DNA from: a virus
Strand: one strand, 5' to 3'
Virus record (IMG/VR): IMGVR_UViG_2841231794_000007
DNA: 64,000 bases
The notes under the pieces were generated by a model. The model worked only from the letters and a program-made list of their open reading frames with translations. It was not told the origin of the DNA and made no database searches. This document shows, one piece after another, positions 31,286 through 41,054 of the stretch. The translations under genes were made by a program, and so were the position numbers. Each line of letters begins with the position of its first letter. Position 1 is the stretch's first letter.

Positions 31286-32099
31286 GACAAGTATATCAAC
31301 AATCAACGTACCTTTCCACGGTGACAATCTGTACTTGGTGAGTTATGAAGGCCAGCCATTTGTTGCAATGCGCCCATTCATTGAAAATATGGGGCTAGAT
31401 TGGGCATCACAATATACAAAGATAAAACAACGTTTTAAGACCTGTGTTGTGAATATCACAATGCAGCTTCCGTGTGATAATCAGCGCCGTAGCGTGGTCT
31501 GCTTGGCACTTAAAAAATTGACTGGTTGGCTTCATACGATCAATATCAACAAGGTCAGGCCAGAGATACGAGATAAGGTTGCCGCTTACCAAGATAAAAG
31601 CGACGATGTTCTTTATGAGTACTGGACTACCGGCGAGGTAAAACCAAAGCACAAATCTACAGTGCAGGACAGAAACCCGTTAAAGAACGCCGTTAACCTT
31701 CTCGTCAGTAAAAAGGGAATGATGTATCCAGAAGCTTATTCCCTAGTTCATCAGCGGTTCGGTATTGCCAGTATTGAGGAACTCGATATCGCCCAGATAC
31801 CGAAAGCTGTCGAGTATGTGCATAAGTTGGCTCTTGAAGGAGAGTGCATTCCGAAGGAAGACCCGCGAGGAATCACACATCTCCGCGTTAATAAGGATTT
31901 AAATGTTCATAATATAAACGCGCTGGCGAAGCACTACGAGGCGATTTACACCGCATGGAAAATTGAGTTATATCCGGCATTGCGCAGTGTCGATTCTCCT
32001 ATTGCTAGTCGGTTATATGACCGCTTCAAGGATGGCTATGCGTTCCTCATGCTCTTGCAGAAAAGCCTTAACAGCAAGCACTCTGCGTTAATCAATTAA
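31284..32099 (+). CDS. ant: Antirepressor (P22 Ant-type)
   Basis: TINVPFHG...ENMGLDWASQYTK...KVRPEIRDKV..YQ (P22_AR_N domain). Confidence 0.9.
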   Translation: MTSISTINVPFHGDNLYLVSYEGQPFVAMRPFIENMGLDWASQYTKIKQRFKTCVVNITMQLPCDNQRRSVVCLALKKLTGWLHTININKVRPEIRDKVAAYQDKSDDVLYEYWTTGEVKPKHKSTVQDRNPLKNAVNLLVSKKGMMYPEAYSLVHQRFGIASIEELDIAQIPKAVEYVHKLALEGECIPKEDPRGITHLRVNKDLNVHNINALAKHYEAIYTAWKIELYPALRSVDSPIASRLYDRFKDGYAFLMLLQKSLNSKHSALIN

Positions 32100-32212
32100 C
32101 CAGCAGGCCAAGGATGGCCTCATGTTAATCATCTGGAGGCGCAAAGGAAAGCAAAACGGTGTGAACATTTAAGATCGGCAGCAACAAAAAAACCCGCTGG
32201 AGCGGGTTTTTA

Positions 32213-32746
32213 TTATTCAATTTCACTTAAGTCAGCAGGTTGCTCTTTTTCTTTTCCTGCCCTCTTTCCTATAGAGAAAACGGTTGCCAGCGCAACCAAG
32301 TTACCAGTGATAAGTACACCAGCGAACCACTTATCACCCTGGTATGCAAAATATGCAGCAATACCGAGAATTAATAAGGATAGAGAATACGCCATCCATT
32401 GACCACGTTTGTCACGAGATATGGCACCATTAAGGGCCTTCGTTTCTGAGTTATGTCGATGGGCTTGCTCTCTTTCAGTCAATTGAAAAATCCGCTCAGC
32501 GGCACCCGGAAGGGTGTCATTATATTGCTTAAGCTGCCGAGGGTGTGGCAGCGGACCACGGAAAAACTCTCTTTTTTCAATAACAGAAACTGCCTTTGGA
32601 TTGTCAAGTATGCGCTTCAGAACCTGTGGGTTATCGACAACAACCCTTTCAATCTCCTGAATAGCTACTTCCGTATCACTCCCATCGTCACAGGAAACCA
32701 CATCGTGCTGAGAAGGGTGATTACTTTGCCCTGGCAAGGAATCCAC
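32213..32746 (-). CDS. DUF2335-family membrane protein
   Basis: GPLPHP...Y...PGAAERIF..TEREQAHRH plus two TM helices. Confidence 0.8.
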   Translation of the reverse strand: MDSLPGQSNHPSQHDVVSCDDGSDTEVAIQEIERVVVDNPQVLKRILDNPKAVSVIEKREFFRGPLPHPRQLKQYNDTLPGAAERIFQLTEREQAHRHNSETKALNGAISRDKRGQWMAYSLSLLILGIAAYFAYQGDKWFAGVLITGNLVALATVFSIGKRAGKEKEQPADLSEIE

Positions 32747-32918
32747 GAGATACCTCTTTTTTGATAACGCGCCGCATATCTTTACCTATCGCAGCCACAT
32801 CACCCGATATCTTACTTACATCGGAGCCTTGTTTAATGACTGAGCGATAGTCAGTTGACGGGCGAATATTCATGACGCTCCCAAAAGATCTGAGGTATTT
32901 GCGCATTACTAATGTCAT
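32721..32918 (-). CDS. Small hypothetical protein overlapping the DUF2335 gene
   Basis: ORF with GGAGG RBS. Confidence 0.6.
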   Translation of the reverse strand: MTLVMRKYLRSFGSVMNIRPSTDYRSVIKQGSDVSKISGDVAAIGKDMRRVIKKEVSRGFLARAK

Positions 32919-33244
32919 TTGACACCTCCGCCTGATTTATTTGTTAAATTACATGTTAAATACTGCAATTTAACTGGTGGTTAATTACCTATGTGGTCAA
33001 TCATAGGGTCAAAGTGCCACTTTTACAACCTCGGTTGTGATAAAAAGTTGGTAACTTCGGGTAATATCAGGCAATTGCAGGTAACGCCAGGCACTCAATG
33101 TCAAAGCAGATTGTGACTGGGTCTGTGATTTTTTCTTTCAAAAAACGACCGCCACTTTTCAGACTTTGTTACCCACCATTTTACCCCACCGCCCACACCA
33201 CACAACTCAGCACCGGATAAGCCCCTTCCGGGGCTTCATCTTGG

Positions 33245-33712
33245 TTAGTGCCGGGCGCTAAAATCATTATCCCACCTCAGCGCAACAACCATCTCATTTA
33301 TAACCTTAGTACCGGTTCGGATGAGGTCCATATTTCTGTCGCTAGACTCGAACCCGCTCTCACACTCCTTTCCTCCGTGAAATAGGTTATTCCTTACAGC
33401 CTTTAAAGCAGAAACAACATTGTTTAAATAGTTACCAGTGTCAACTATTTCCTTCCACCCTTCGCGGCTAAATACCTGCTTTTTGGGCTTTAAATCAATC
33501 AAAATCTTGCCAGAAGGAATATTGTCTATTGTAAGACTGCGCTTATTGAGACTAACTAAACCATCCCAATTAGGTTGGACTGCCTTACCTTCTACTTTTT
33601 TTTCATCGCTATACTCCACGTTCTTTTTTATGCAGTATTCAAAACGTGCATATGCGTAAACAAACTCAAACATGTCATTTTTGAATTTTTGCTCAATGTG
33701 CTCAGTAAGCAT
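33245..33712 (-). CDS. Putative HEPN-domain protein
   Basis: RNNLFHG (R-X4-H) motif; N-terminal RFEY helix. Confidence 0.6.
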   Translation of the reverse strand: MLTEHIEQKFKNDMFEFVYAYARFEYCIKKNVEYSDEKKVEGKAVQPNWDGLVSLNKRSLTIDNIPSGKILIDLKPKKQVFSREGWKEIVDTGNYLNNVVSALKAVRNNLFHGGKECESGFESSDRNMDLIRTGTKVINEMVVALRWDNDFSARH

Positions 33713-33827
33713 GCCTACTCTCTATTTTTCGTTTTCCGTTGTGTCAGTAGAGTATACATGCGCCAAAAGCCTCAGTTAAGAGGCGGTGTGTAATCTGAAT
33801 TACAAGGCCATCCGTGGCCTGTGGTGC

Positions 33828-33955
33828 TTAAGCTACCTGCTGACCGTGAATGATATGGCGAAGTGCCTTAATGCCTTCATCGTTATAGCGGAACGCTTCA
33901 ACCTGTTTTGCAGAGTGTGCCGATTTGTCGAGGAAGAATTTGCCGAACTTATTGC
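33828..33955 (-). pseudogene. 3' remnant of a second antirepressor/regulator gene
   Basis: GKFFLDKSAHSAKQVEAFRYNDEGIKALRHIIHG resembles C-termini of phage antirepressor-type proteins; divergent from a second arc gene. Confidence 0.5.
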
Positions 33956-34035
33956 CACACCGTGCGTCATTGAAGCCAATCCCACCGTGGGGCATAATTT
34001 TTCCATTCGTGATTAACAACCAGATGAGATAAATA

Positions 34036-34491
34036 ATGAGTAGAGAAGACCCGCAATTACGCATAAGGCTTCCGGTTGAATTAAAAGAAAAAATAGAAGA
34101 TTCAGCCAAGGCAAACACTCGCTCAATGAATGCCGAGATTGTCCAGCGCCTTGATGTCAGCTTTTTGAATGAACCGCCAAGTGACAAGCTAATCTCCGCG
34201 CAAGAAGCCGCTCACATTGCCAGTAAAGCGAGAGAGGAATTATCCGGAGTTATTCTTAAAAAGACATTTGATGAAATAAATAAAAAAATTCGTATCGGCC
34301 ACACCCAATTTTGCGTTTCACTTAGTGAGTTTGAATTGGAATCCCTTGATGACGATGCGTTTTTTTCAGTCCTAGACCCTACACTCAACAGACTGAAAGA
34401 GCTTGGCTACGAGGTTCCACAAAAAGCCTTTGATTGCGAAGGTTTTCTAATCGAGATACCTAGCAAAAAAAATGCTCAGAATACAGATTAA
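34036..34491 (+). CDS. Arc-family DNA-binding protein with C-terminal extension
   Basis: MSREDPQLRIRLPVELKEKIE...RSMNAEIV. Confidence 0.85.
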   Translation: MSREDPQLRIRLPVELKEKIEDSAKANTRSMNAEIVQRLDVSFLNEPPSDKLISAQEAAHIASKAREELSGVILKKTFDEINKKIRIGHTQFCVSLSEFELESLDDDAFFSVLDPTLNRLKELGYEVPQKAFDCEGFLIEIPSKKNAQNTD

Positions 34492-34514
34492 ACCAATAAC
34501 GATAAGGATATGAA

Positions 34515-35210
34515 ATGTCTGAATATGTAGCACCAATATTCAAGGGTGATGCGTTCCATTGTCCGCACTGTAATGTACTTTCACATATGATATGGGGAGC
34601 ATTATCGTCAACCAGACATGACGGACAATCTCGTTGGACTAATTTTTTGTGCTCTACCTGCTCGCATTGCGAACAAGAAATGTTTTGGCTTGTCACTGAC
34701 GGAGGAAGCCCTCTCATTCCGCTTTTAGCTGCTGCTAAAAGCGGAGTTATGGTATACCCAGACACAATGATTGCACCAACCCCGTCTGACGATATGCCTG
34801 ATGATATTAAAAAAGACTACCTTGAAGCCGCCAATATCTGCCAAAAATCCCCTCGTGGTGCAGCAGCATTACTGAGATTAGCTACTGAAAAAATGTTCAC
34901 GGAGCTAGAAAAAGGGCATAACGCTGTTGAGGACTCTAAAAAGAAAACGCACCTAGCCACGATTATCCAATCGTTTAAGGACAAAAATATAATCAACGAA
35001 ACGCTGTTTATGGTGGCAGATTCACTTCGTCTTGCTGGAAACGGCGCTGTTCACCCAGGTAAAATTGACAGCGATAATATATCTGAAATTACCACTGAAC
35101 TATTTGAATTTATTAACTTGATTGTTGATAAATTAATAACCGAGCCTAAAAAAGCCAAGGAAATTTTTGATAAAATCAAAGCAAAAAAAACAAATAACAC
35201 TAACTCTTAA
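34515..35210 (+). CDS. DUF4145-domain (HEPN-like) protein with N-terminal Zn ribbon
   Basis: CPHC...CSHC; SPRGAAALLR; RLAGNGAVH. Confidence 0.85.
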   Translation: MSEYVAPIFKGDAFHCPHCNVLSHMIWGALSSTRHDGQSRWTNFLCSTCSHCEQEMFWLVTDGGSPLIPLLAAAKSGVMVYPDTMIAPTPSDDMPDDIKKDYLEAANICQKSPRGAAALLRLATEKMFTELEKGHNAVEDSKKKTHLATIIQSFKDKNIINETLFMVADSLRLAGNGAVHPGKIDSDNISEITTELFEFINLIVDKLITEPKKAKEIFDKIKAKKTNNTNS

Positions 35211-35898
35211 CATTCTTCCTACTCACCAACCGGCGCTTGCCCTTAATCAGGTCCTCGTTACGGGCATCGTCGGCTTTGGTGATGGCCTCATACTCATCTT
35301 TCGTGAAGCCTTTCTCATCCGGATATTTCGCTTTCAGCATCATCACGAACTCGGTCATTGTGAGTTGTTCCGCTTCGCTGCGGGTGATGTTGAAATGCAC
35401 ACGGGCGGCACTGATGTAATCGACGGCGTGGAACTCGTCGGAGTATTCGTCTTTACCTTCGTTGCGCTGGAGTTTGCACACCTTAGCTTTACCGATAATG
35501 CCGTGGGTCATTAGCTCGCGCGCCAGCAGGATGATATCGCGATAATGCATAGCGCCGCGCCGATACACCATGCCGGATTTGCCAACCCGCCATTCACCGA
35601 TAACCTCAGAACAGTCATCGTTACAACATGCCTGCATCACGTCCATTGCTGTCGATAAAATGCTGCGCCCGTAAACCGGTTTATTTAACAGTGCAATCAG
35701 CCATTCAGGAACCACTCCGTAAGCGTCTACAGCAGACGCTATAATTTGTTGTACCTCAGCGCCATTTAATTGCGTAAACGCACTCACAATCTCTTTAGGC
35801 TCACCGATTCGCGTCATGGCATCCAGCGACGGGCGGAACAGGTAATCATTTTCGGCAGTGGATATCACCATCTCGCCGTATTCTAAACGCGGTGTCAT
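35200..35898 (-). CDS. Tail assembly chaperone-like protein (DUF6246-like)
   Basis: Follows major tail gene; AEQLTMTEF motif. Confidence 0.65.
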   Translation of the reverse strand: MTPRLEYGEMVISTAENDYLFRPSLDAMTRIGEPKEIVSAFTQLNGAEVQQIIASAVDAYGVVPEWLIALLNKPVYGRSILSTAMDVMQACCNDDCSEVIGEWRVGKSGMVYRRGAMHYRDIILLARELMTHGIIGKAKVCKLQRNEGKDEYSDEFHAVDYISAARVHFNITRSEAEQLTMTEFVMMLKAKYPDEKGFTKDEYEAITKADDARNEDLIKGKRRLVSRKNVKS

Positions 35899-35948
35899 AT
35901 ATCCTCCTGAACATTATCAAGGGCACCCGGAGATACCCTTTGTAATAT

Positions 35949-36704
35949 TTAGGCCGCAGTGACTGTAACGACACATTTCGCCGTCTTACTGCCATCTTCC
36001 GATGTGACTGTAATATTCGCGGTACCGGCGGCGACACCGGTGACAGTGACAACATTCAGTAGCTTACTGACGGTAGCGAAGTTAGGCTTATCGCTGACCA
36101 CTTCGTAATTTTTGTTTGTCGCGTCAACCGGATTAAATCCGACCGTGAATGTTGCAGTTTCACCGGCTTTCACAGTCAGTGTCGCGGGGCTGGCTGCGAT
36201 GCTCTGAACCACAATTTCTTCCTGCAGCCATTCAAAGCTGTCAGCGTCTGCGACTTTCAGTTCACCGGAATACGTGGAGATTTCTTTGGTCGGGAACTCC
36301 ATAGACCATGATGTGAAGTTCATGTAACTCTGAATCACATCACTACCATCGCCTTTCATGTCAAGCTGCACCCAATATGACGGCTGACGGCTGGCCTTGA
36401 CTTCAGCAAGGATTTCTTTGGCGATATCAAAAGCAGACGTGGAACCATCAGCACCTTTGCGCTTCAGTTCACCATCAAACTTAATGGTTAAATCCAGACC
36501 GGTCACGATGGCCTCAGTCAGGCCTTTCGTGTCATCAGCCTTGGATGTAACTGTTTCAGTTCCGTAATCCACGCTTTTGCTGGTCAGTGCGCCGAGACGC
36601 AGAAACGCAGACTGTTCAGGAGCCGTACCGGGGCAACCGGACGCGATGCGGAGTATTCCCGCATTACCCATCACCAGGCCTTTATCATCAGGGCATTGTG
36701 CCAT
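35949..36704 (-). CDS. Major tail tube protein with C-terminal Ig-like domain
   Basis: C-terminal VTGVAAGTANITVTSEDG; position. Confidence 0.85.
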   Translation of the reverse strand: MAQCPDDKGLVMGNAGILRIASGCPGTAPEQSAFLRLGALTSKSVDYGTETVTSKADDTKGLTEAIVTGLDLTIKFDGELKRKGADGSTSAFDIAKEILAEVKASRQPSYWVQLDMKGDGSDVIQSYMNFTSWSMEFPTKEISTYSGELKVADADSFEWLQEEIVVQSIAASPATLTVKAGETATFTVGFNPVDATNKNYEVVSDKPNFATVSKLLNVVTVTGVAAGTANITVTSEDGSKTAKCVVTVTAA

Positions 36705-36768
36705 GTTGTAACCTCTTTATTTGCAAATAAAAAAGGCCGCCGAAGCGACCTGTTTGAAGTGTGTTTGT

Positions 36769-37140
36769 TTATGATGTGCAGCGGAAGGTCAGGGGAATCC
36801 AATACCTCCCCTCTGCCGTCTGAACCGGATTCACGAACCCGGAAATATTGATAATGAAATTCAAGCCATGAGACTGAGCATGGCACCTGACATAATCAAG
36901 TATTTCATAGGCTCTCTGAGCGACAAACTCCACCCAATTCTTACCTGAAATTAACGACACAGTGAAAAAATCGTCACCACCAAGATCATTGATTCTTCCG
37001 GTTCCGTCCCGCTGCTGAAAAACCATGTACGCATCCAGGTCGTGTCCGCCGGATTCTGACCATTCATAGTCCTGAATGATAAAACCGTCAGACAGCCCTG
37101 ACTCGGAAAAATAACGCTTAACCTGCTCGATGGTGGTCAT
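36769..37140 (-). CDS. Tail terminator-like protein
   Basis: Position in neck operon. Confidence 0.55.
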   Translation of the reverse strand: MTTIEQVKRYFSESGLSDGFIIQDYEWSESGGHDLDAYMVFQQRDGTGRINDLGGDDFFTVSLISGKNWVEFVAQRAYEILDYVRCHAQSHGLNFIINISGFVNPVQTAEGRYWIPLTFRCTS

Positions 37141-37505
37141 ATGCGCATTTCCTCCGCGACAGCCTGGTCAATCATCTGCTGTGTTTCCTCAAAGCCTTTA
37201 GTGAGGAATTCTTTCTTCGCTGTCGGTCTGCGGAAGCTCTGCTTCACATTCGGGTCGTGAACGAAAACAGCATAGGATGCTGAGTAACCCACACGCCCGG
37301 TAAACAACGTTCCTTTCACCTCCACATCACGGAACTGAGAGTTGATCAGTGTCTTTGTATCAATCGGTGTGTATACCGCAGCCTGTCTGCCACCGATATC
37401 CAGCGCACGATGCATGGCCCTGCTGACTTTCTTTGACGTGATATTACCGACCAGCGCATTAAAGTCAGCAACAACACGGTTAATACCGATTACTTTTGCT
37501 CCCAT
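37137..37505 (-). CDS. Neck/tail completion protein (HK97 gp10-like)
   Basis: TPIDTKTLINS...YAVFVH. Confidence 0.7.
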   Translation of the reverse strand: MGAKVIGINRVVADFNALVGNITSKKVSRAMHRALDIGGRQAAVYTPIDTKTLINSQFRDVEVKGTLFTGRVGYSASYAVFVHDPNVKQSFRRPTAKKEFLTKGFEETQQMIDQAVAEEMRI

Positions 37506-37506
37506 G

Positions 37507-37848
37507 TCACACCGCCGTTGTTAGAGTGTAGTCATCTTTGCCGCCGTTAATATCGCGGTCACGGTCAACGGCTTTGATTCTGCTGGCTCCGACCACGAAC
37601 GGATCTTGTCCGTCATGCTTGCCGATAGCGATGTAATCATCCTGTGTGGCTTCGCTGTATTCCGTCCAGATGACATTTTTGATAACAATTTCAGTGCCTA
37701 CCGTTTTTGTTCCGTCACTCATCCTGCTTCCGTAGTCACACCGGATATGAATAGGCTCTGAAAATTTCGCCTTGCCGTAACTGTCTTTGCCTTCAATCTT
37801 CCAGATAGTTGCCCATCCCTTGCAGAACCGGCGAAGGATTTTACCCAT
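37507..37848 (-). CDS. Head closure protein
   Basis: Position; DSYGKAKFSEP motif. Confidence 0.55.
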   Translation of the reverse strand: MGKILRRFCKGWATIWKIEGKDSYGKAKFSEPIHIRCDYGSRMSDGTKTVGTEIVIKNVIWTEYSEATQDDYIAIGKHDGQDPFVVGASRIKAVDRDRDINGGKDDYTLTTAV

Positions 37849-37849
37849 A

Positions 37850-38227
37850 TCACCCCCGGTTCACGTCAAACTGAATAATGCCGACCGGCCGGTCAATAGG
37901 CAGGTTATCTGTGCATCCGGCGGTATCCAGTGCGGATAACAATTTCAGCAACGATTTTCTGCCGTCAGCAAAATACTGGTACGAAACTGAAGCACCGGAC
38001 GGTGCATGTTCTGATGCAATTTTACGGACATCAGCCGCAGACAGGATGAGGATGACGGAATACACCTTGATAAGCGTCATCACCGCATCTGTATACCCTG
38101 CCTTATCAAGGCATCCGTCAATGCTGTCCACTACAGATAATGCGGCGGCAACCGCAAAATCAGGAGCCTCAAACCCCATCATTTCCAGTTGCTCGCCTAT
38201 CTGCTCCGGACTGATTTGTACTGCCAT
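37850..38227 (-). CDS. Head-tail adaptor protein
   Basis: Follows capsid gene; SEHAPSGASVSY. Confidence 0.55.
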   Translation of the reverse strand: MAVQISPEQIGEQLEMMGFEAPDFAVAAALSVVDSIDGCLDKAGYTDAVMTLIKVYSVILILSAADVRKIASEHAPSGASVSYQYFADGRKSLLKLLSALDTAGCTDNLPIDRPVGIIQFDVNRG

Positions 38228-38251
38228 ATCACCTCCGGATTATTACTGCGA

Positions 38252-39232
38252 TTACTTCGCAGATTTAGCAGCCTTACCGCCTGCATCAGCATCTTTACCG
38301 AATGTCACCATAACCCCGGCAGTGTCTTTGATGCTTGCAGCAATTTGTTTCCAGTTATCAGTTGCGGCTACCTGTTCGTTAGTCGGTGACTTGATACTGT
38401 CCTTCGCCCACTGATAACCACGCAAACCGATGGTGAAATCATATTCCCCCTGCATCAGAGCCTTAATGTTTTCCTGTCCGAGAACGTCCTGCGCTTTCAT
38501 GATCAGCGGTGAGGTCTGTACAGCCGCTGCACCGGTAACCAGACCGAGTGAATGCTGCTTATTACCTTCAGACAGAGACGGAATATCAGAAATTACAAAA
38601 CGACGCCCGAATCCGTCCTGCTTGATGGCCACGTTACCAATCTGGAACAGGTTACTGGAGTTGGTTAGTGTTTCGTCCATAAAGTCATTGAACGTTGCAC
38701 CGTCCATCAGCCAGGCGATAATACGGGAATACGCATCACCAAACGGACGGGTGCCTTTGTTTAACCCGCGCAGTGATGGTGCGCTTCCTGCTGCTGTCAG
38801 ATCAGTAACTGCCGCAGCGTTGCCGGAGATTGCTGCTTTCAGTGCCGCACCGGCAGTGTTCAGATAATCCTGAAGCATCGCTTCTGCAGCCTGCGCAGAT
38901 ACTACCGCTGCCGCTTCTGCTACGTCTTTACCCAGGCGCTTCATCATCGTCGGAGTGACAGATACCGGCCCGATACGACCATCGACCTTAATCATCCGGT
39001 CGAGAATTTGCCCTAACTCCTGCGGTGTAAGATTACCTGATCCGTATGCATTACGACGCTGTGCCAGACCACCAAGTAACTGCCATGATGTCTGCTCGAT
39101 GTAATCACCAATATGGTCACCATCACCGAAAACCAGCGCACCGCCGGATGCTTCATTAAACTGCTGTACTGCCTGAGCCACCAACTCTGTCGCTGCCAGA
39201 GATACCTGGTGCTGAAAAATATGCAATGTCAT
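38252..39232 (-). CDS. Major capsid protein
   Basis: 326 aa after scaffold; FNEASGGA and KDTAGV motifs. Confidence 0.85.
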   Translation of the reverse strand: MTLHIFQHQVSLAATELVAQAVQQFNEASGGALVFGDGDHIGDYIEQTSWQLLGGLAQRRNAYGSGNLTPQELGQILDRMIKVDGRIGPVSVTPTMMKRLGKDVAEAAAVVSAQAAEAMLQDYLNTAGAALKAAISGNAAAVTDLTAAGSAPSLRGLNKGTRPFGDAYSRIIAWLMDGATFNDFMDETLTNSSNLFQIGNVAIKQDGFGRRFVISDIPSLSEGNKQHSLGLVTGAAAVQTSPLIMKAQDVLGQENIKALMQGEYDFTIGLRGYQWAKDSIKSPTNEQVAATDNWKQIAASIKDTAGVMVTFGKDADAGGKAAKSAK

Positions 39233-39237
39233 AAATC

Positions 39238-39930
39238 TTATGCCTCTGTATTTTTTGCAATGATTTCACGTGCGCGATCCACCAATGGATTCACACTTTT
39301 GGGTTTATCACTGCCTCCGGCAGGTGATTTGTCTTTGCCTCCGTCACCCCTGGTTCCGGTTGCCTTACTGCCGATAATGACCGGCGCAAATAACTGATTA
39401 TTTCTGAATTCTTTTTCCAGCTCATCGATAGTCAGAGCTGATAGTTGCCCAGTTGCGTCCACCACGCGGGTTTTACCATCTTCAACGGCAAGGCGTGATT
39501 TGATATGCGGCACAATCAGCGCGGCACTGTCACCCGCAAGTTTTGTCGCCAGCGACTGCGCGACGTTATCAACCAAAAGTTTTTGCAGGCTGGCATCTTT
39601 TTCCTGTAACTGTGTCAGTAACTCTTTTTCGCGGGTGCTGAGTTTTTCAGCCCAGCTCTTTTCCAGTGATTCGATATCACCGTTTTTACGGGCCTGTTCT
39701 TCTGCAGCTTTCTTTGCGGCTTCTTCAGCCTGACGGCGCTTTTCCTGTTCTGATTTCTTCTCAGATAACAGTTCATCGACTTTCTTCTGAAGACCGGACA
39801 CATCCGGGATGTCAGGCATGCCGTCAATCTGGATTTGGTATCCGTCACCGGCTTCTTTGTACATGGCCTTATGCTCTTCAGTCAGCACGTCAAATTCTTC
39901 TTTGGTTAATTTCCACTTAAACATCGTCAA
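39238..39930 (-). CDS. Capsid scaffolding protein
   Basis: Charged coiled coil upstream of capsid gene. Confidence 0.75.
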   Translation of the reverse strand: MTMFKWKLTKEEFDVLTEEHKAMYKEAGDGYQIQIDGMPDIPDVSGLQKKVDELLSEKKSEQEKRRQAEEAAKKAAEEQARKNGDIESLEKSWAEKLSTREKELLTQLQEKDASLQKLLVDNVAQSLATKLAGDSAALIVPHIKSRLAVEDGKTRVVDATGQLSALTIDELEKEFRNNQLFAPVIIGSKATGTRGDGGKDKSPAGGSDKPKSVNPLVDRAREIIAKNTEA

Positions 39931-39961
39931 CCTCTGGTTTTGATGGTGTAGTCACTGACTA

Positions 39962-39990
39962 CAGGTAATAAAAAACCCGCCGGAGCGGGT
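39962..39990 (-). terminator. Rho-independent terminator; identical 29-bp copy at 44816-44844
   Basis: CAGGTAATAAAAAACCCGCCGGAGCGGGT occurs twice. Confidence 0.75.
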
Positions 39991-41051
39991 CATTTGAGTT
40001 CGATATCGGCCTTTCTGAAGGCATCGGGTATGATTTTCTGAAGTTCCTTCAGTGTTATTGGTCTGAAGTATTTATCGAGTTGTAATTTTGCGAATCGTTC
40101 CGGTGATAACCCGCCGTCACGGAATAACTGTGCCCTGGTCTTACCAAGCACAATGTTCTGCCTGTTCGCTGGCTGGCGGTAAAGCCACTCGTAATAAGTT
40201 TCTTCACCCCATTCAGAATTACCGACCGGCTCTGTGACAAACAAGTCTGCATATTTTTCATCAAGCACCGGGAGCAAGCGACTACGGCAGTTAGGGTGAA
40301 GCGGAGGTCTCGGTCCTTTACCAAGCGGATAACGGCGGCCGGACAGAGAACGGCACACTGCCGATGTTTTGTTATCCAGTATTGCACTGAATTCCTCATA
40401 CTTAATCAGGTCAGAATTCTCTTTATAGAAATCCGTCGCCGCCACACTGTGAGCATGTTGTAATGTCGTTCTGGCAACAGTCTGAAATCCCCTGACCACC
40501 CTGCCAACCACTGCCGCTGCGATTATCAGCGGTTCCGCTGAAGTTCCGTTAATCGCTGATTGCAGACCAGCCACACTCCCGCCTGACGACAACGATATCA
40601 CCACCTGATTCTCTATCTGCTGCATGGCTGTATCGGCCCACGACTCAATGAATTTGGCGAGAAACAGGGAGCTGTTCCATCCCGTCAGAGAGAGCGGTAT
40701 GTTTTGCACATCTCTGCGCACCTTGTCAGTATCAGCCGGATTAACGTTTTTTACCAGTGAGTTAAACCCGTGATATTCAGCGTCTGCCATCACAACAGCG
40801 GCGTTGATAATGTCATCAAGTAACCTGTCAGAATAACCGGAAAGAACTGGCTTCAGCGTTTTTCTCAGCGCCAGCGCAATTGATTTCGCTCTGCTGACTG
40901 AGGAAACACTACCGGAATATCCGGATAATGCAGATGCTACAGCAGCGCGAATATCTGACACCAGTTCACGTGTGTCAGCAGTTGATGACTTGAGCCTTTC
41001 CAGCATAATCTGAATCATCAGTGCATTATCAAAAATGAGACCCGGCCGCAT
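39990..41051 (-). CDS. Minor head protein (SPP1 gp7 / Mu F family)
   Basis: LDNKTSAVCRSL...PPLHPNCRS. Confidence 0.88.
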   Translation of the reverse strand: MRPGLIFDNALMIQIMLERLKSSTADTRELVSDIRAAVASALSGYSGSVSSVSRAKSIALALRKTLKPVLSGYSDRLLDDIINAAVVMADAEYHGFNSLVKNVNPADTDKVRRDVQNIPLSLTGWNSSLFLAKFIESWADTAMQQIENQVVISLSSGGSVAGLQSAINGTSAEPLIIAAAVVGRVVRGFQTVARTTLQHAHSVAATDFYKENSDLIKYEEFSAILDNKTSAVCRSLSGRRYPLGKGPRPPLHPNCRSRLLPVLDEKYADLFVTEPVGNSEWGEETYYEWLYRQPANRQNIVLGKTRAQLFRDGGLSPERFAKLQLDKYFRPITLKELQKIIPDAFRKADIELK

Positions 41052-41054
41052 ATT

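Noticed and set aside
33828..34187. 119-aa ORF
   Set aside because: Mostly antisense shadow of the arc gene; only the last ~40 codons resemble a real gene remnant
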